64,000 bases of DNA, from assembly GCF_006345805.1 (NCBI RefSeq), contig NC_042998.1, forward strand, positions 138,012,001 through 138,076,000, given 5' to 3'. The notes below the pieces were generated by a model. It had not been told where the DNA came from and searched no databases. It saw only the letters and a program-made list of their open reading frames with translations. Below are positions 40,501 through 55,570 of the stretch, in pieces (position 1 is the stretch's first letter; each line of letters opens with the position of its first letter). The stretch is from Octopus sinensis. Taxonomy: Eukaryota. Both the position numbers and the translations under genes were made by a program.

Positions 40501-40852
40501 TCCAAGCTATTTTTTTTTATCTTACTTCGCTTTCTGTAATTTCTCTTCTTCATTATCTTCCTTATCTATTCATTCCAACACCCTTTCTTAGTTACTTCCC
40601 TTTAACTAGATTTCAATTCTTCATTTTTTCTTATCACTAATTTATTTACCTTTCTTTAAGAAATATAACCTTCTCTATTTCAACTTACATATATTTGCAC
40701 TGCAATTTAATTCTTATTTTCACTTCAATTTTCTTCATCTATATAATCATTAAATCATTCTGCTTTTAATTATCTGCGTTGTTATCTTTTATCGTTTACG
40801 TTTCATTGAAAAGAAGGCTTTTAGCCAAAAAACTCGAGTTCAGTTCTTATTT

Positions 40853-40975
40853 CTCAGTCCTGTACTTATTCTATCGGCCCCATTAACCGAAACTGTGAAG
40901 TTACTGGAAAGTAAACAAATCAACACCGGTTGTCAAGTGACGTAAGGGACATGCACCAACGCGCCCATACACACA

Positions 40976-41006
<31 letters not shown>

Positions 41007-41163
41007 CGCAGCGAGGTTCCACACATTTCCGTCTTCCAAATCCACTCATTGATCAACCCGGAGTTATAGTAGAAGTCACTCGCCGAAAGTCCCACGCAGT
41101 GGATTCGAACCCAAAACTATGTGGTTGCAAAGCGAGCTTCTTTATCACACAGCCATACCTGCG
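40853..41163 (-). mobile_element. Microsatellite-containing SINE in the otp intron
   Basis: Head, (CA)n and right half recognisable. Confidence 0.8.
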
Positions 41164-41851
41164 CCTCTTAATAATTAATTGTTAATAATATCCAGATGTA
41201 ATTTCTTTAAGATATATTGACAGTTCATATTTGTAACTTACTGATTTTGTGCAACTAACATCAAACTTCCCTCGGGCGTTTTGTTCACAGATTTTAGTCT
41301 TTTAGGCTTTCATAGTGACACATCTTTTTTCTAAGTTTTTCTCCCAAAACTTTTCTTGAGTAACAAAACTTTTTTTTAAAAACCTCTTAATTTATTTTGT
41401 CCTTATCTCTGCATTTTACTTCAATGTTCTTAGAATCTAATCTATAACTAACTGTTCTCATACAGATATGAACCCCACTATTTTTTACCTGTTGCTCTAC
41501 ACTGCTAAGTAATTTATCTTTGATCTTTTCTTAAGTCCTTTTGCAGACTCCGTGTTATTATGTTTAATAGTTCCCAAATTTTGATCAGCTCTCCCTCTGT
41601 TTTTGTGCGAGGTAGGTATATCTTATCTATATCAACTTTAATGAAAATAGGCTCGAAATATAGGAAGTAGTTTTTAATCAATTTCACTTATTTCGTTGAA
41701 GATTCGAGTGGGTGGCAAATAATGTGACGGTTTTCCATTTGTAAACACTAATACTTTGTTCAGAATCGGCCATGGACTTTTTATCTTCCTCGACCTCCAA
41801 AGATTTTTGGAAAATGCTGAGTTGTTCTCCAATAGGCGCAAGCATAGAAAG

Positions 41852-42308
<457 letters not shown>

Positions 42309-42691
42309 GATAAAAGATAAAAGACTACCAATGACAACATGAACTGTTGTGCTGATGAGAGCAACTTCGAACGAGCACAGTGAAAAATATACATAACTGA
42401 CTCAGGTGTTATACGTTCAAGTTGCTTTCATGAATGTTAAAAAGAAGACCATAATGATATACGATGCATGACACTTACAGTCAGAAACGAGTAGTTCATA
42501 TAAAAACGTTAAGTATAATTCCATCCACTCCTTCGTTATCAGTTGTCAATCCGCTATAAATATAGTCGGCTACCAGCCTGATTACATGAACTCATTAATT
42601 CCGGATATATAATCCTGGTTAACATATATGGTAAATGTATATTAGACTCTACACACTTATAACACACACATGCCTTTGCACACACACAAAC

Positions 42692-42737
<46 letters not shown>

Positions 42738-42800
42738 CACACACACACACACAACATATATACATATATATTTACATTCATATATACGTACATATATATT

Positions 42801-42840
<40 letters not shown>

Positions 42841-43153
42841 TGTATATGTTTGTGTGTCCGTGTTTGTTCCCCCAACATCGTTTGACAACCGATGCTGGTG
42901 TGTTTACGTCCCCGTAACTTAGCGGTTCGGCAAAAGGACCGATAGAATAAGTACTAGGCTTACAAAGAATAAGTCCTGGTGTTGATTTGCTCGTCTAAAG
43001 GTGGGGCTCCAGCATGGCCACAGTCAAATGACTGAAACAAGTAAAAGAGTAAAAGAGATACATATGTGCATGTATATATACATACATATATATATACATA
43101 TATATATAACATAAATATATTTATACATATATATAATACATAGATGTATATAT

Positions 43154-43237
<84 letters not shown>

Positions 43238-43377
43238 CATACACATATATATATATATATATGCATATACATACATACACACACATATATATAGACATAC
43301 ATACATATATATACATATATATATACATACATACATATATATATATATGTACTATATATATATATATATATATATAA

Positions 43378-43442
<65 letters not shown>

Positions 43443-43632
43443 TACATATATATATATATAAATATATATTATATGTACATATATATACAATATATATATA
43501 TATACACACATATATATATATACATATATACACATATATATACATATGTGCACACACACACATATATATGTAATATGTATATTATATATATATATATATA
43601 TATATAAATATATGTATATAATATATATTATA

Positions 43633-43686
<54 letters not shown>

Positions 43687-44985
43687 GCAGAGGTGTTAAA
43701 ATATCAAATGATTGATAGATATACACAACTGCGGGGCCCCAGTTGGAAGATAATGTTGTAACGAGAAAAAAATTTGAGTACATACAAAAAACGGCTGTCC
43801 GTTCAATCGCTGCAGTAGTTTTATAATTTATGAGACGAAAACTTATATTGTATGTGTATGTAGGTGTTGGGATGGAACAAGGAGCAAATATATACACCTT
43901 GCAGTGTGTAAAGTGCAAGAAAATCTATGAAACAAACTAAATTTAATACAGTAATGTGTTTTTTCTAATTTGCTTCTCTCACTAGAAATGTTTTGGTTTT
44001 GTCAGTATAGCTTTTGAAATGTTTTTCTCGTTTGTTTGATGGTTTGTTTTATCGTGTTTATTATATTCTTATTATTTTCCATCATGTTTTTATCCATATT
44101 CACGCCCCCCCCCCACCTCTTCGAAAATCCGTGGTTGTTTTTTTTTTGTTTTATTCTGTTCTTGTTTTTGTTTTTGTTTTCCTTCCTAATATTTCGTTTT
44201 AGATTTTTTAAAGCTCTGGCTGCAGTGTATTTTGTTTTGTGTCTTGTTTATTCCTATCATCATCGCCCCACACTCGCACAGGGAATCATCGCAGACATTA
44301 GTTCTCTCTGTGATAATAATCATTTGATATAGCGGAGCTTGCATCCGACTTCATGTTCATTTGGTAGCAGCAGAAAACGAAGAACGGGGGTTAGATGGTC
44401 AGAAATATATATATGAAAAAAAAAAAAGAAAAGAAAAAAAGATACAAATAAAATAAAGTAAAATAAAATAGTAAGAATAACCGAGGGTCATGGCATAATT
44501 TAATGGGATAATTCGTGAAATGGGAATCTATAGGGACATAACTTTTTGTGTGCGTGCATGATCGAAAACGCTAGGCAATTTACGTTTCCCTTTCCAGATA
44601 CGAAATGAAATTCGTTACAGTATCCGCTGTCATGAAATCCGAGACTAAAGCGGAGGCCCTTTATGCAAGTATCACAGGCAATTCCATTATCCTCTAATTT
44701 TCTTCTGTTATTTTATGTCCTAAAGTTTGTCCCCCAGGGCCAAACACTGCAACGAGAAATGGTTAGCTGCATGCAGGCTTTATTGACAACACTCCGTTCA
44801 CTTTCTGCTGGTCCTTTTTCACAAGAGAGCAGTTTGTTAAACGTCACCAGATCGAGCTGAAAGTAAATGAGCTTTCCTTAGCGTATCAGCGCGCTTACAC
44901 GCACACTTACGCACACATGTAAACATACACGCACACGCATACACACACACGCACACGCACGCACACACGCACATGCACAAACTCA

Positions 44986-45024
<39 letters not shown>

Positions 45025-46486
45025 TCATCTGCTTTTCTGAACTGACGAATTTATCAAGGTAATCATCGTTTCACGCGATTCGAAGAGGCGGTTTTGCTGT
45101 TTGAGTTTTTGGTTGAATCCATTACAAACACCTTTTAAGGTTTTTTTGTCATTTTCTTCTTTTCTTATTTTACCGTCAACCATTTCTTACATAGGCGTGA
45201 AACCAGAATTTTTTTTTAAGCCAAAGGAATTAGATTTTTATAACATTCATGCCTTTCTAAATGGGTTTTGCATCACACATGCACACATCCGGTGGTGAAG
45301 TAGGAACAAAAGATAAGCGGACTAGATGCTGCATAATATTTAGTTCCGTTCCCCTACATATGAATTCAAATTCCATTGAAGTCATCTGTGCTTTCTCTCC
45401 TGTGGAGTTAATCACGTGTAGGGTTGATTTTATTTTTCGGTTATCTTCTCTCCAACAAATCCGTGTTCTTTTGTCAATGTAAGAAATCACATACACAAGT
45501 ACACACACATACACACACACACGTGCGCGTGCACGCCCGCCTGCGAACGCATTTTCTGTGTAGGAAGGGAATAACCAAATGTATTGGCATTTGTTTAACA
45601 ATTCACTGCAGAAGGTTTTAAGACTGTAGTTTAATTACTTTAAATTTATTGATATACACTCATAATACCTGCATATATGTAAGTATATGTATGTACGTAT
45701 ATATAAATGTATATATGCATGTGTATGTATGAATCTAATCTACCTATCTATATACATATATATTATATTTTTGTACATACATATATTATATAATATACTC
45801 TATACATACATATGTATATTATACACAGACGCATACATATATTTATACATACATACATAAACATTCATACATATACATATATTTATATACATACATATAC
45901 ATACACATACATACATAAATATATAAGCATTCATACATACATAAATAAATACATACACACATACATACATATACATACATACATACATACATACATACAT
46001 ACATACATACATACATACATACATACACATACGTATATACATACACAAATACATACATACACAAATACACACACATATATACACGCACACATAATTTTAA
46101 AACTGAGATTATTAATTTAAACCCAGTTTAAAAGGAACTGTATTAAGTCTACCATTTACTGATAAAATGGGTGACTTAACTGAAAGTAGACTAAAAAATT
46201 AATGTAAATTTCGTGTAAGTACGAAATTTACGATGTATGTATGTAAAGTCAAGACCATCGGACAGAATAGGTTGTAATATTTGTTCCGGTTCTCCATTTG
46301 CATTCAGAATTCACATCTCAGTTTTGCGCTTCGAGTTTTTCTGGTTGATAAACAAAGTATCAACTTTGTGCTCATACATTCTCTCTCTCTCTCTCCCTCC
46401 CTCTTTCTATCTTCCAGTTTTTACACAATGGACGTTCTAATGGCTCAAGGATGGAATTATTTGTATTCGAAACAATATGAACATAT

Positions 46487-46771
46487 AAAGCGCGTGGCTT
46501 AGTGGTTAGAGCATTCGGCCCACGTTCATAAGGTGTGCGTATGATTCCATGCGGCACGTTGTGTTCTTGAGCAAGACACTTAATTTCACCTTGCTCTAGT
46601 CCACCCCCTGGCAAACGACCAGGCTTGTTACATTCCGTGTCACGCTAAACCTCCCCGAGAACTACGTTAAAGGTACGCGTATCTGTGGAGTGCTCAGCCA
46701 CTTTCACGTTAATTTCACGAGTAAGCTCGAATCAACTGAAACTCTCGTCGTCATAGCTGACAGACCGCCAG
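46487..46771 (+). mobile_element. tRNA-derived SINE, same family as 38331-38656
   Basis: gcgcgtggcttagtggttagagcattcgg...ttgagcaagacact...gagaactacgttaaagg...gtcgtcatagctgacagaccgccag. Confidence 0.85.
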
Positions 46772-46871
46772 TTTGGTTTCTTTTTTTTATGAATACATAA
46801 AATCACCAGTAAGCGTATGCTAGTACCGTGGGGTCTTCGATTGCAAGAGATATCCATATTACTAATACTGC

Positions 46872-46925
<54 letters not shown>

Positions 46926-47898
46926 GATAGATAAATTGATAGATATTGCCGATGGATACTGTTTCCCTATAACGAACATGTTAATAGATCTATATGAAGA
47001 AGAGGGATTTGACGCTCATGTTTTCAGTTGATTTATCCATGACGTCAGAGAAGGGAAGTAATTACAACTAGGAATCAAAGCAGAATTTGAGACAACATTC
47101 CGGTCATAATAAATACAAATTTACTGTTGTATTTAGACGATACGTGTTTATGACGTACTAAATTCATTGACGTAAGAGGTTTTGTGACACCGCGTTGTTT
47201 CGACCTTATTGTGTACTTTAAAGCCCCCTTACACCACAGAATAGTGTGTGTTTTGAACACACATCATGTATATATAATTGATGCTCTCCGCTGATGAAAT
47301 ACAAATGCAATTATCATATTCACGTTTGAATTTGCCCGACTATATTAAGAATGAATAGATACATTATTGTTGAGATTCTCACTATATCATGTAAACCTCA
47401 GAAAACAACGAAACTGTACTGGAATGTCACACTGAAATTTGTTAATTTGTTTTCATCTTTACACTCTCTATGGATAAGTTGTCTTGCGTAAATTTAAATA
47501 TATTCACTTTAATATATCTTCAGCATGTCACTCTTAATATTCTCATGCTTACGATAATTTCAAATATAAATTGTACTCTAAACTTTAACAAAATTTCTCT
47601 CCCCACACAAAATTATTTATTGTATAACAAAATTATTTATTGGATAACAAAAGGAAATTCTTTAATTGAGAATTGTAAATCTTCAGATATAATTTTTAGT
47701 AAAAGTAAAAGCGAATTATCTCGAGATTATGTTTTATCTACAAATTAAAATCTTGTTCAAGATGGTTTGCTTTTCGTTGTTAGTTGATTGATGTTGAAAA
47801 GGTACTCCTTCCTGGTTTTAATCAAACTGTCATTGCAATGGTTTCGCTATTTCACAATTTTCTTTACATAACTGATCTTATAGTTATTAGTGACCAGG

Positions 47899-48525
47899 TA
47901 AGGCGGCGAGCTGGGAGAATCTTTAAAATGCCGGGCAAAATGCTTAGCGGTTTTTCGTCCGTCCTTACGTTCTGAGTTTAAGTTCCGCTGAGGTCGAGTT
48001 TGCCTTTCATACTTTGGCAGTCGATGAAATAAGCACTGGGGTCGATGTAATCGACTAGCCCCCTCCCCCCAAATTTCAGGCCGTGTGCCTATAGTAGAAA
48101 GGATTATCAATGACCAGGCTAAATTCTTTGTGTGTCGAACATTTCTTCCGGCTGAATTCAAATCTCGCAGACATCAATTTTACCTTTTATCCTTTCGAGA
48201 TCGATAAAATAACGTAAAAGCCAGGTACCGGAGTATATGAAATCGACTCTCCCGCCAAAACTGCTGGCCTTGAGCCAAAATTTGAAACAGTTATAAAAAG
48301 CATTAGGCCGGAGAGCTAGTAAAATCGTTAGAGCTTTGCAAAAAGTGATTTGCGATAGATATTTCTTGTAACTTTTTACACTGAGTTCAAACTTCGCGAC
48401 GTCAATTTGCATTTCATCTCTTCAGAGTCGATAAAATAAAATACCAGTAAAGTATTCGAGTCCATAGCATTGACTAATCCCTCTCTTTAAAATTAGTAGC
48501 CTTGTGCCGTAATCAGAAACCATTA
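47899..48525 (+). mobile_element. Tandem cluster of three SINEs of the same family
   Basis: Three successive B box / core / gccttgtgcc units. Confidence 0.8.
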
Positions 48526-49031
48526 TTAGTCAACATAGGAATGGTTTATCATCTTCCTAGTATACTAACATGACAGTGAATATGTAATAAGAAGGATATT
48601 ATAACATAATTATTTCTAGTCACATGCGTTTAATAATATTTATATCAAATAAAAACTTCTGAACGTTTCTTGAAAATGACAGTTATAAGAACTAGTGAAT
48701 CCCATACCCGAAAGGTGACTCGCCCGTTGAAACGATATCATAAATTGTTTGGTTTGTGTTGGAATATTTACCTAATTTATAATATATTAAGAATATTTAT
48801 TGGGCTGCCCTGATATATATATATATATAATATATATATACATAGCGACCTCGAAGTTAGGATCTGCTAGCCTTCATCGGATGTCGACGAAGCCTAGCTA
48901 ACCGAAACTTCAAAGTCACTGTCGTACTTCTTCCTGTAAAAGCATCTCACATGTACTTTACAACAAAATATTGAGTAATTCTTCAGTTAAAAGTTTAATT
49001 GTTTGTATTACAACCTGTCGTTGTATATATA

Positions 49032-49072
<41 letters not shown>

Positions 49073-49355
49073 GGTGTGTTGTGTGTGTGTGTAATATATA
49101 TATATTATATATATATATATATATATTTTACATTATTACATATACATATATGTGTGTATGTGTGTGTGTGTCCTTTGCCATCGTTCGACAACCGGTACTG
49201 GTGTGTTTACTGGTTCGACAAAAGAGTATCGATAGAATAAGTACCAGGCTTAAAAAAAGTATAAGTACTGGGGTTGATTCGTCTGATTATAATTCTTCAG
49301 GACGGCGTCCCAGCATGACTGCAGTCTTATGACTGAAACAAGTAAAATGCAAAAA

Positions 49356-49424
<69 letters not shown>

Positions 49425-51701
49425 GTATTTATAAAATAACCATTACTGTTTCCAGAAAACAATTGCTATATATATATACACACATATATAATATTAAGTG
49501 ACAGTGTTAGATCGTTATACAATTTTGCTTTATACTTTATACTCCTTGCCATGTAAATGTATGTTCGTTTTTGGTTTTGTTTACTTCTACTAACGTTTTA
49601 AAATACATAACTTTTATCAAAATATTTATTTGTTAAAGAAGATATTGGAACTGAAGTTAGCTATTAATTACAACTAAGTTTTCTGACGCAGTAGCTCGAA
49701 TGTATGTGTTTTGACAGCGAACACGCAGCTTCATTCAACTTTCCTTTCAGACTCTGGAAGGTTGACAATTTCCCCACATGGTGTACTCTTACATCTCAAT
49801 CTAGAGCCGTTTTTCTTCACTAGCCGTATATTTTGACACATTCGGTTTTCCTGGGTTAAAGCATTAATCAAAACTGTTCTGTGACGGAAAGCTAACCGCT
49901 AAGTTTTGGTTTCTTGCCATTTAATCGGATATTATGAAAATGGGGAGAGGTGCAAAGTTAAAGGGAAGTAAGTCATTACTAACAGATGGTTAAACCAATT
50001 AATCATCGTTTTCTTCTCAATGTGAATAACACTTCGCTAATGTTTTCTTCTCTCGTTCGAGGTGATAAATACAAATTCTCAACTTTTCTCTATATTTCTA
50101 AGAGATTCAACTATAAATAGAATTTGACATCTCTTCTTATTTAAAACTTTTCCCATCTATGTTCAGCAATAATAAAGCACTACAAATACCACCAACAAAA
50201 AGCACGAACTTCAGTGTCTTGAATAATGAAATATATTCAGTTCCTGAAAATGGAGCATGGGTGACAGCCTTTATAAAATAATCATTACAATTTCCAGAAA
50301 AAACAACAACAAAAAAGAAACAAACAAGAGAAATGGTATTATATTTCACTCAGTACTGCAGTCATCCTATCTATCATTTCTTAATGAATTCCATCTTTGA
50401 AGCCGTGCACATTAAACATATAACAGAATTATGATTGCAAAGGAGGTGTTAAAATTAAAGTAAAAACAAAAATATTCTTCAGATCATGTAAGTGATTTAA
50501 GCGGAGTGTCTATATTATAATTAAAATTTTTATCACGGAGTTTATATCAGTAAGAAATTCGATTGGCTTTCATCAGGAAATTTTTAATATTTTCAAGCCA
50601 GAGAGGGAATATATCTATCATGGTTGAAGAAATGTAGGATGAGTTATTTAGGTTCGATACTAATTAAGCATTTGCGGTTTTGTTTTCGAACCTGCAAATC
50701 TTAAGAGATGGTAATAAACTTTCTAAAATTCATCAGAATCTTAAAACTGATGTTCTAGATCAATGACTCTCAATTAAGGATCTATAATGGCTAGTTCATA
50801 AATTAGCCTTCGGTTTGTTATTAAAAAATAATAACAGCATCAACAAACACAACAAAAAGAACCCAAAGTTTTCATTAAAACAAGACTTTACCAAACTTCT
50901 CTGACGACCTTTTGAACGCAGAATTAGCTTTTCTCATTAAATTTGTATTGTTTCGTTTCGTTTCTTAGAAATTCATTAAAACAGGATTTTATTAATTTTT
51001 TCTTTCTTTTTCTGAGGAAAACTACGACTAACAAAAGATATTGATTATGTCACAAATATATAATTTTGAAAAGAAACAATAACAAAGGACAAAAAATAAA
51101 AACAACAATAAACAAAGACCAAACAAAAACACACACAGAGTAAAGAGCAGACTAAAATAATATTTCGTTGATCGGATGCTCTCTATTTACAAGGAGGGTT
51201 GATCAACGAACTTTAAACGGATACGCTAGCTGCTTTCCTTTTCATGGAAACAGCAATATCCAAATATTTTCTCTCGTCACTTGATAACTCTTTACTCGCT
51301 TTCATTATTGTCGTCTGCTCTAAGATAAACGCAGACGATTTTTCTTTCATCAAAATCGTCGCAGTCAAGAGATATTTGATAAAACAGATAGTCTCCTCCT
51401 CAACAATAAAAAAATAATGTCAATAAATGTCAATAAAATATAAAAAGAGGGGGTGTTTATACTTTATTTAATGTTAAGTATTGCTTCATATTGAATATTA
51501 AAAGTCCATATCGCTTAAATTATAATTAACTGTTTAATTAGTGGAACAAGATAACTATTAGTTTTTAAGGTCGTCTGAAATATAGATTTCATTCTTTGAG
51601 TGTTAGTTGTTTACACAATTTTTCATTGCTTTTAGTTAGTTGATCGTCAACCTATGAAACAACTTTAGGTTATTATTATTATTATTATTATTATTATTTT
51701 A

Positions 51702-51738
<37 letters not shown>

Positions 51739-51740
<2 letters not shown>

Positions 51741-51960
51741 GGCGGCGAACTGGCAGAATTGTTAGCACGCCGGGCGAAATGCTTAGCGGTGTTTCGTCTG
51801 CCGATACTTTCTGAGTTCAAATTCCGCCGAGGTCGACTTTGCCTTTCATCCTTTCGGGGTCGATAAATTAAGCACCAGTGAAACACTGGGTTCGAAGTAA
51901 TCGACTAGCATCCTCCCCACCCCAGCTGTCAGGCCTTGTGCCTACAGTACAAAGGATTAT
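51739..51960 (+). mobile_element. Well-preserved SINE of the ggcggcgagctggcag family inside an (ATT)n array
   Basis: Full head, core gaggtcgactttgcctttcatcctttcggggtcgataaattaagcaccag and (ATT)n tail. Other copies at about 20567-20748 (+), 25185-25380, 27630-27790, 28195-28370, 36805-36998 and 55995-56210 (all -). Confidence 0.9.
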
Positions 51961-51982
51961 TATTATTATTATTATTATTATT

Positions 51983-52047
<65 letters not shown>

Positions 52048-52048
<1 letters not shown>

Positions 52049-52491
52049 GAGTGATAGCAGCGCATGCTATCAAAGTGACACTGAGGTACAATTATAGGAA
52101 GCCCAATATATCCTCATGATTACCCGTCTGATAAAGATATATCTGGCACATGCATCACAACTACATATGCTCGACCTGGTGATCTTATATCAAGACAAAC
52201 AGCGCATGACCTTGCAAGTGGTGCCCAGTTAAAGTTTCTTCAGGTTGAGCAGCCCATCGCGCACAAAAGGTCCCTGAATAAGGATGATGGACGAAACACC
52301 CATGTTTCCAGAGGTGAATTATACAAACCCCAAAGAATTCCTCTCAACACATAGCTATGATGCTTCCCCACTACTTCTGCTCATGATCAGAGATGCACAT
52401 ATCGTCAGCCACCAAGGGATATATGTTCAACTAGTTATAGTCAAACAAGTGATGTATGCTCAACTAGTTAAGGTCAAATCTGTGGTATTGA

Positions 52492-52567
<76 letters not shown>

Positions 52568-53008
52568 TATTATTATTATTATTATTATTATTACTGAGTA
52601 AGAGAGTAGTGCATGCCATCAAAGTGACACTGGGGTAAAATATACGAAGCCCAGTATACCCACCATGATAACCTGCCTGATAAGGGTACACCACTGTGCG
52701 ACATGGTGAACTCATATCAAGATAAACAGTACATGACCTTGCAAGTGGAGCCCAGTTAGAATTTTTTTCAGATCGAGTAGCCCTTCCCGCTCAAAAAGTC
52801 CCTGAATAAGGGTTGTTTAAGGATGCTGAACGAAATACTCATGTTTCCAAAGGTGAATTATCCAAACCCAAAGAATTCAACAAAGAATTCCTTTCAACAC
52901 ATGGCTATGATGCTCCCCCACTACTTCTGCTCGAGATCAAAGATGCATATATTTCGTCAGCTACTAAGGGACATGCTCAACTGGTTAAGCTCAAACAACT
53001 GACAAGCA
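52048..53008. mobile_element. Two tandem copies (52048-52491, 52594-53008) of an approximately 430-bp repeat embedded in (ATT)n
   Basis: Both begin gagtNagagNagNgcatgcYatcaaagtgacactg and align along their length. A short fragment lies at about 11107-11133, also after (ATT)n. Confidence 0.8.
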
Positions 53009-53289
53009 ATTAAGGAGAATATTTGCTGTAGCCCATCTTTTAGACCAAGAAATTAAAACAATGTTCATGATAACACTTCCAATTTGTTAAGATATCACCA
53101 CCGTCACCACCACCACCACCACCACCACCATCATCATCATTGTTGTCTTGTGTTTAGTATTTTTTATGTTGTGTAGTCGTGTACATATTTTTTTTGTTTC
53201 TCGAGACACCTTATTATTACAAGGCTAGTTTCTGCTTTCTGGTTACCTTAATTTTCAGATTTTAATATTTTAAATAATTTTTCTATACT

Positions 53290-53760
53290 GGGACAGACAC
53301 TATGATTTGTGTGCACTTCCTTCTCTGGTGGCTCTCGATTATAGTCCGGCCGATTAATCTTGATATTCTTTCCAGTGTGAATTCGTGTATCCTAAAGTAC
53401 GGTAGACTTGATTCTCTGAGAATTTTCAGGTGTATGTTTATACCATTATTGCTAGAACAACTAGAGTATGCATCTCTATTACCTTATTTTTCTTTTGCAT
53501 TCTTCTTTTGCATCTGATTATAATATAAATCTAATACGTGCCTAATACTCAATTCTAACATATTCTTTCATTTGTGTCTATTGTACTATGATCATTTCAT
53601 TGATTCCTGAGCATTTATAGGTTTGTATTTGGTCTAATTCTGTTATCTTTACTTCTGTATCTATCATGATATTAATAGTTCTTAATTTATTACCTTCTCT
53701 CCAAAGATGCGTTGGTACATTTTTAAATCCAAATAAATTACTCTAGTTAATACATGCACT
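53290..53760 (-). mobile_element. R4/Dong-like LINE fragment (RT C-terminus joined to RLE)
   Basis: ITELDQIQTYKCSGINE...QMKEYVRIEY*ARIRFIL resembles YKYLGI..E...RR.R.IL, followed by a degenerate INRPD segment. Confidence 0.55.
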
Positions 53761-53901
53761 GTCTCTAGTTATTTATGCAGCGTACAAACTTGAGGCCGTA
53801 CATATGTATAAGATAGCCGAATGTTTTCTCATGGTGTTATATCAAAAGTCCAATCTGGTTTAAACATGTTGATTAACTTAGCAGCTGACAGAAAAGAAGT
53901 G

Positions 53902-53942
<41 letters not shown>

Positions 53943-54200
53943 ATATATATATAGTATATATATATATATATATTATATATATATATATGTATATATGTAT
54001 AGATATATATATACAAAACACACCAATATATAATGTATATATATCTATACATATATATATATATACACACACACACATATATATATATATCATACAACAT
54101 ACATATATATACATATAAATACATACATACATACATAATATTATATATATATTATATATATATAATATATATAAGAGAACAAAGTGTACGTAGCGCTATA

Positions 54201-54700
54201 TATCTATATATATAAAACTCTAGTTGTGTGAGTGTATGTCCCCTTCGATTTAGATTCCTAACTCCTCCCACATTTTGCGGTGCAGTTTTAACCAATTCGG
54301 GTATCTTATAGTCGTGATTCATATCGAGCCCGTCTGACTATTAGCGCGCGTCAACGATGAGTCTACGATTTTAAAATAATTTAACATCATTTTTTATTCC
54401 ATTTTAATGCATAAATGCATCGTATGTCGATGGCGGCGTTGGCGTCCACACTCTGCACGCCCTGCTTCTCCCCCTTCCCTCCCTCGTGAAGCTGTGGGGA
54501 AGTGAGTGTAAAGAAATCAACGTCGTAATGCGTTGTGAAGAAGAGGCACAGCGTTCTTTTAGAACAACGACTTCATGGCTTGAAGACACCCAAAACAAAA
54601 ATGGCTATAAGAAAGCCCGAATGTATAAGGGAGTAACTACTCTAAAAATGCTTATATAGTTATTTCCCTTACAAACCGAGCAACCGGGCGGATATGCTAG
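54201..54700 (+). mobile_element. Non-autonomous Helitron, copy 1 (500 bp)
   Basis: A|TC start (tctatatatatataaaactc); the 3' end ccgagcaaccggg...gCTAG is joined directly to copy 2. Confidence 0.85.
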
Positions 54701-55259
54701 TCTATATATATGAAACTGTAGTTGTGTGAGTGTCTGTCTCCTACGATTTAGATTCCTAACTACTCCCCCATTTGCGGTGCAGTTTTAACCAAATTCAGGT
54801 ATCTTATAGTCGTGATTCATATCGAGCCCGTTGGGTATTAGCGCGCGTCTACGATGAATCAACGATTTAAAAAATAATTTAACATCATTTGTTCCATTTT
54901 AAGCATATTTTTTCGTGTGTCGATGGCGGCGGAGTTGGCGTCCACGCTCACGCTGCACCTGTGTTGCTTCTCCCCTTCTTCCCTCCCTCGTGGCAGCTGT
55001 GGGGAAGGGAGTTTAAGGAAAGCAACGTCGTAAAGCGTTGTCAAGGAGACCAGCGTTCTTTTAGAACAACGACTTCATGGCTTGAATATACCAAAACAGA
55101 AAATGTCTACGATGAGTCAACGATTTAAAAAAAAATTTACCATAATTTTTTTTCCATTTTTAATGCATTTTTTTTGCTATTTTTTGGCTATAACTCTCTA
55201 AAAATGCTTATATAGTTATTTCCCTTACAAACCCGAGCAACGCCGGGCGATACTGCTAG
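54701..55259 (+). mobile_element. Non-autonomous Helitron, copy 2 (559 bp)
   Basis: TC start, subterminal hairpin cccg-agcaacgc-cggg and CTAG|T end. Homologous to copy 1 throughout. Confidence 0.88.
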
Positions 55260-55269
55260 TATATATATA

Positions 55270-55570
55270 TATAAAATAAAATACAAAATGGGACAAGAAC
55301 GAAAAACAACTAGATGATACAAAAAGGGACAACAAAACATCCCGATAGACAATACAAAAAACAAGGACGGGTCATTCGAAGCCTTTTATCCTCAGTCAAG
55401 AACCGGATCATCCTCGCAATTTTGGCTGATTAATCTTGAGATTGCTCCAATCTGGCCAGCCCCAGGAAAAATTAAGCTAAGAGCATTAGATTCCTTGGAA
55501 AAAAGCATCGAATGTATACGAAAACAAGGACGGAAGACAGACGAATGTACACGAATATAAATACAAAACG
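55270..55570 (-). repeat. Dispersed repeat, PLE-tail-like; relatives at 13385-13520 (+) and 15290-15530 (+)
   Basis: Shared core atcagccgaaatt...gatgatccggttcttgactgaNga...cttcgaatgacccgtc. The PLE assignment is inference only. Confidence 0.5.

Noticed and set aside
42347-42380. tgtg-ctgatga-gag...ttc-gaa-cgag-cacag
   Set aside because: It lacks A15.1 and the U-H site. Counted only as a remnant.
48860-48925. gaaacttcaaagtc-actgtc HHR-like half (related decayed copy at about 24945-24992)
   Set aside because: The core and helix II are too degraded in both copies to support a call.
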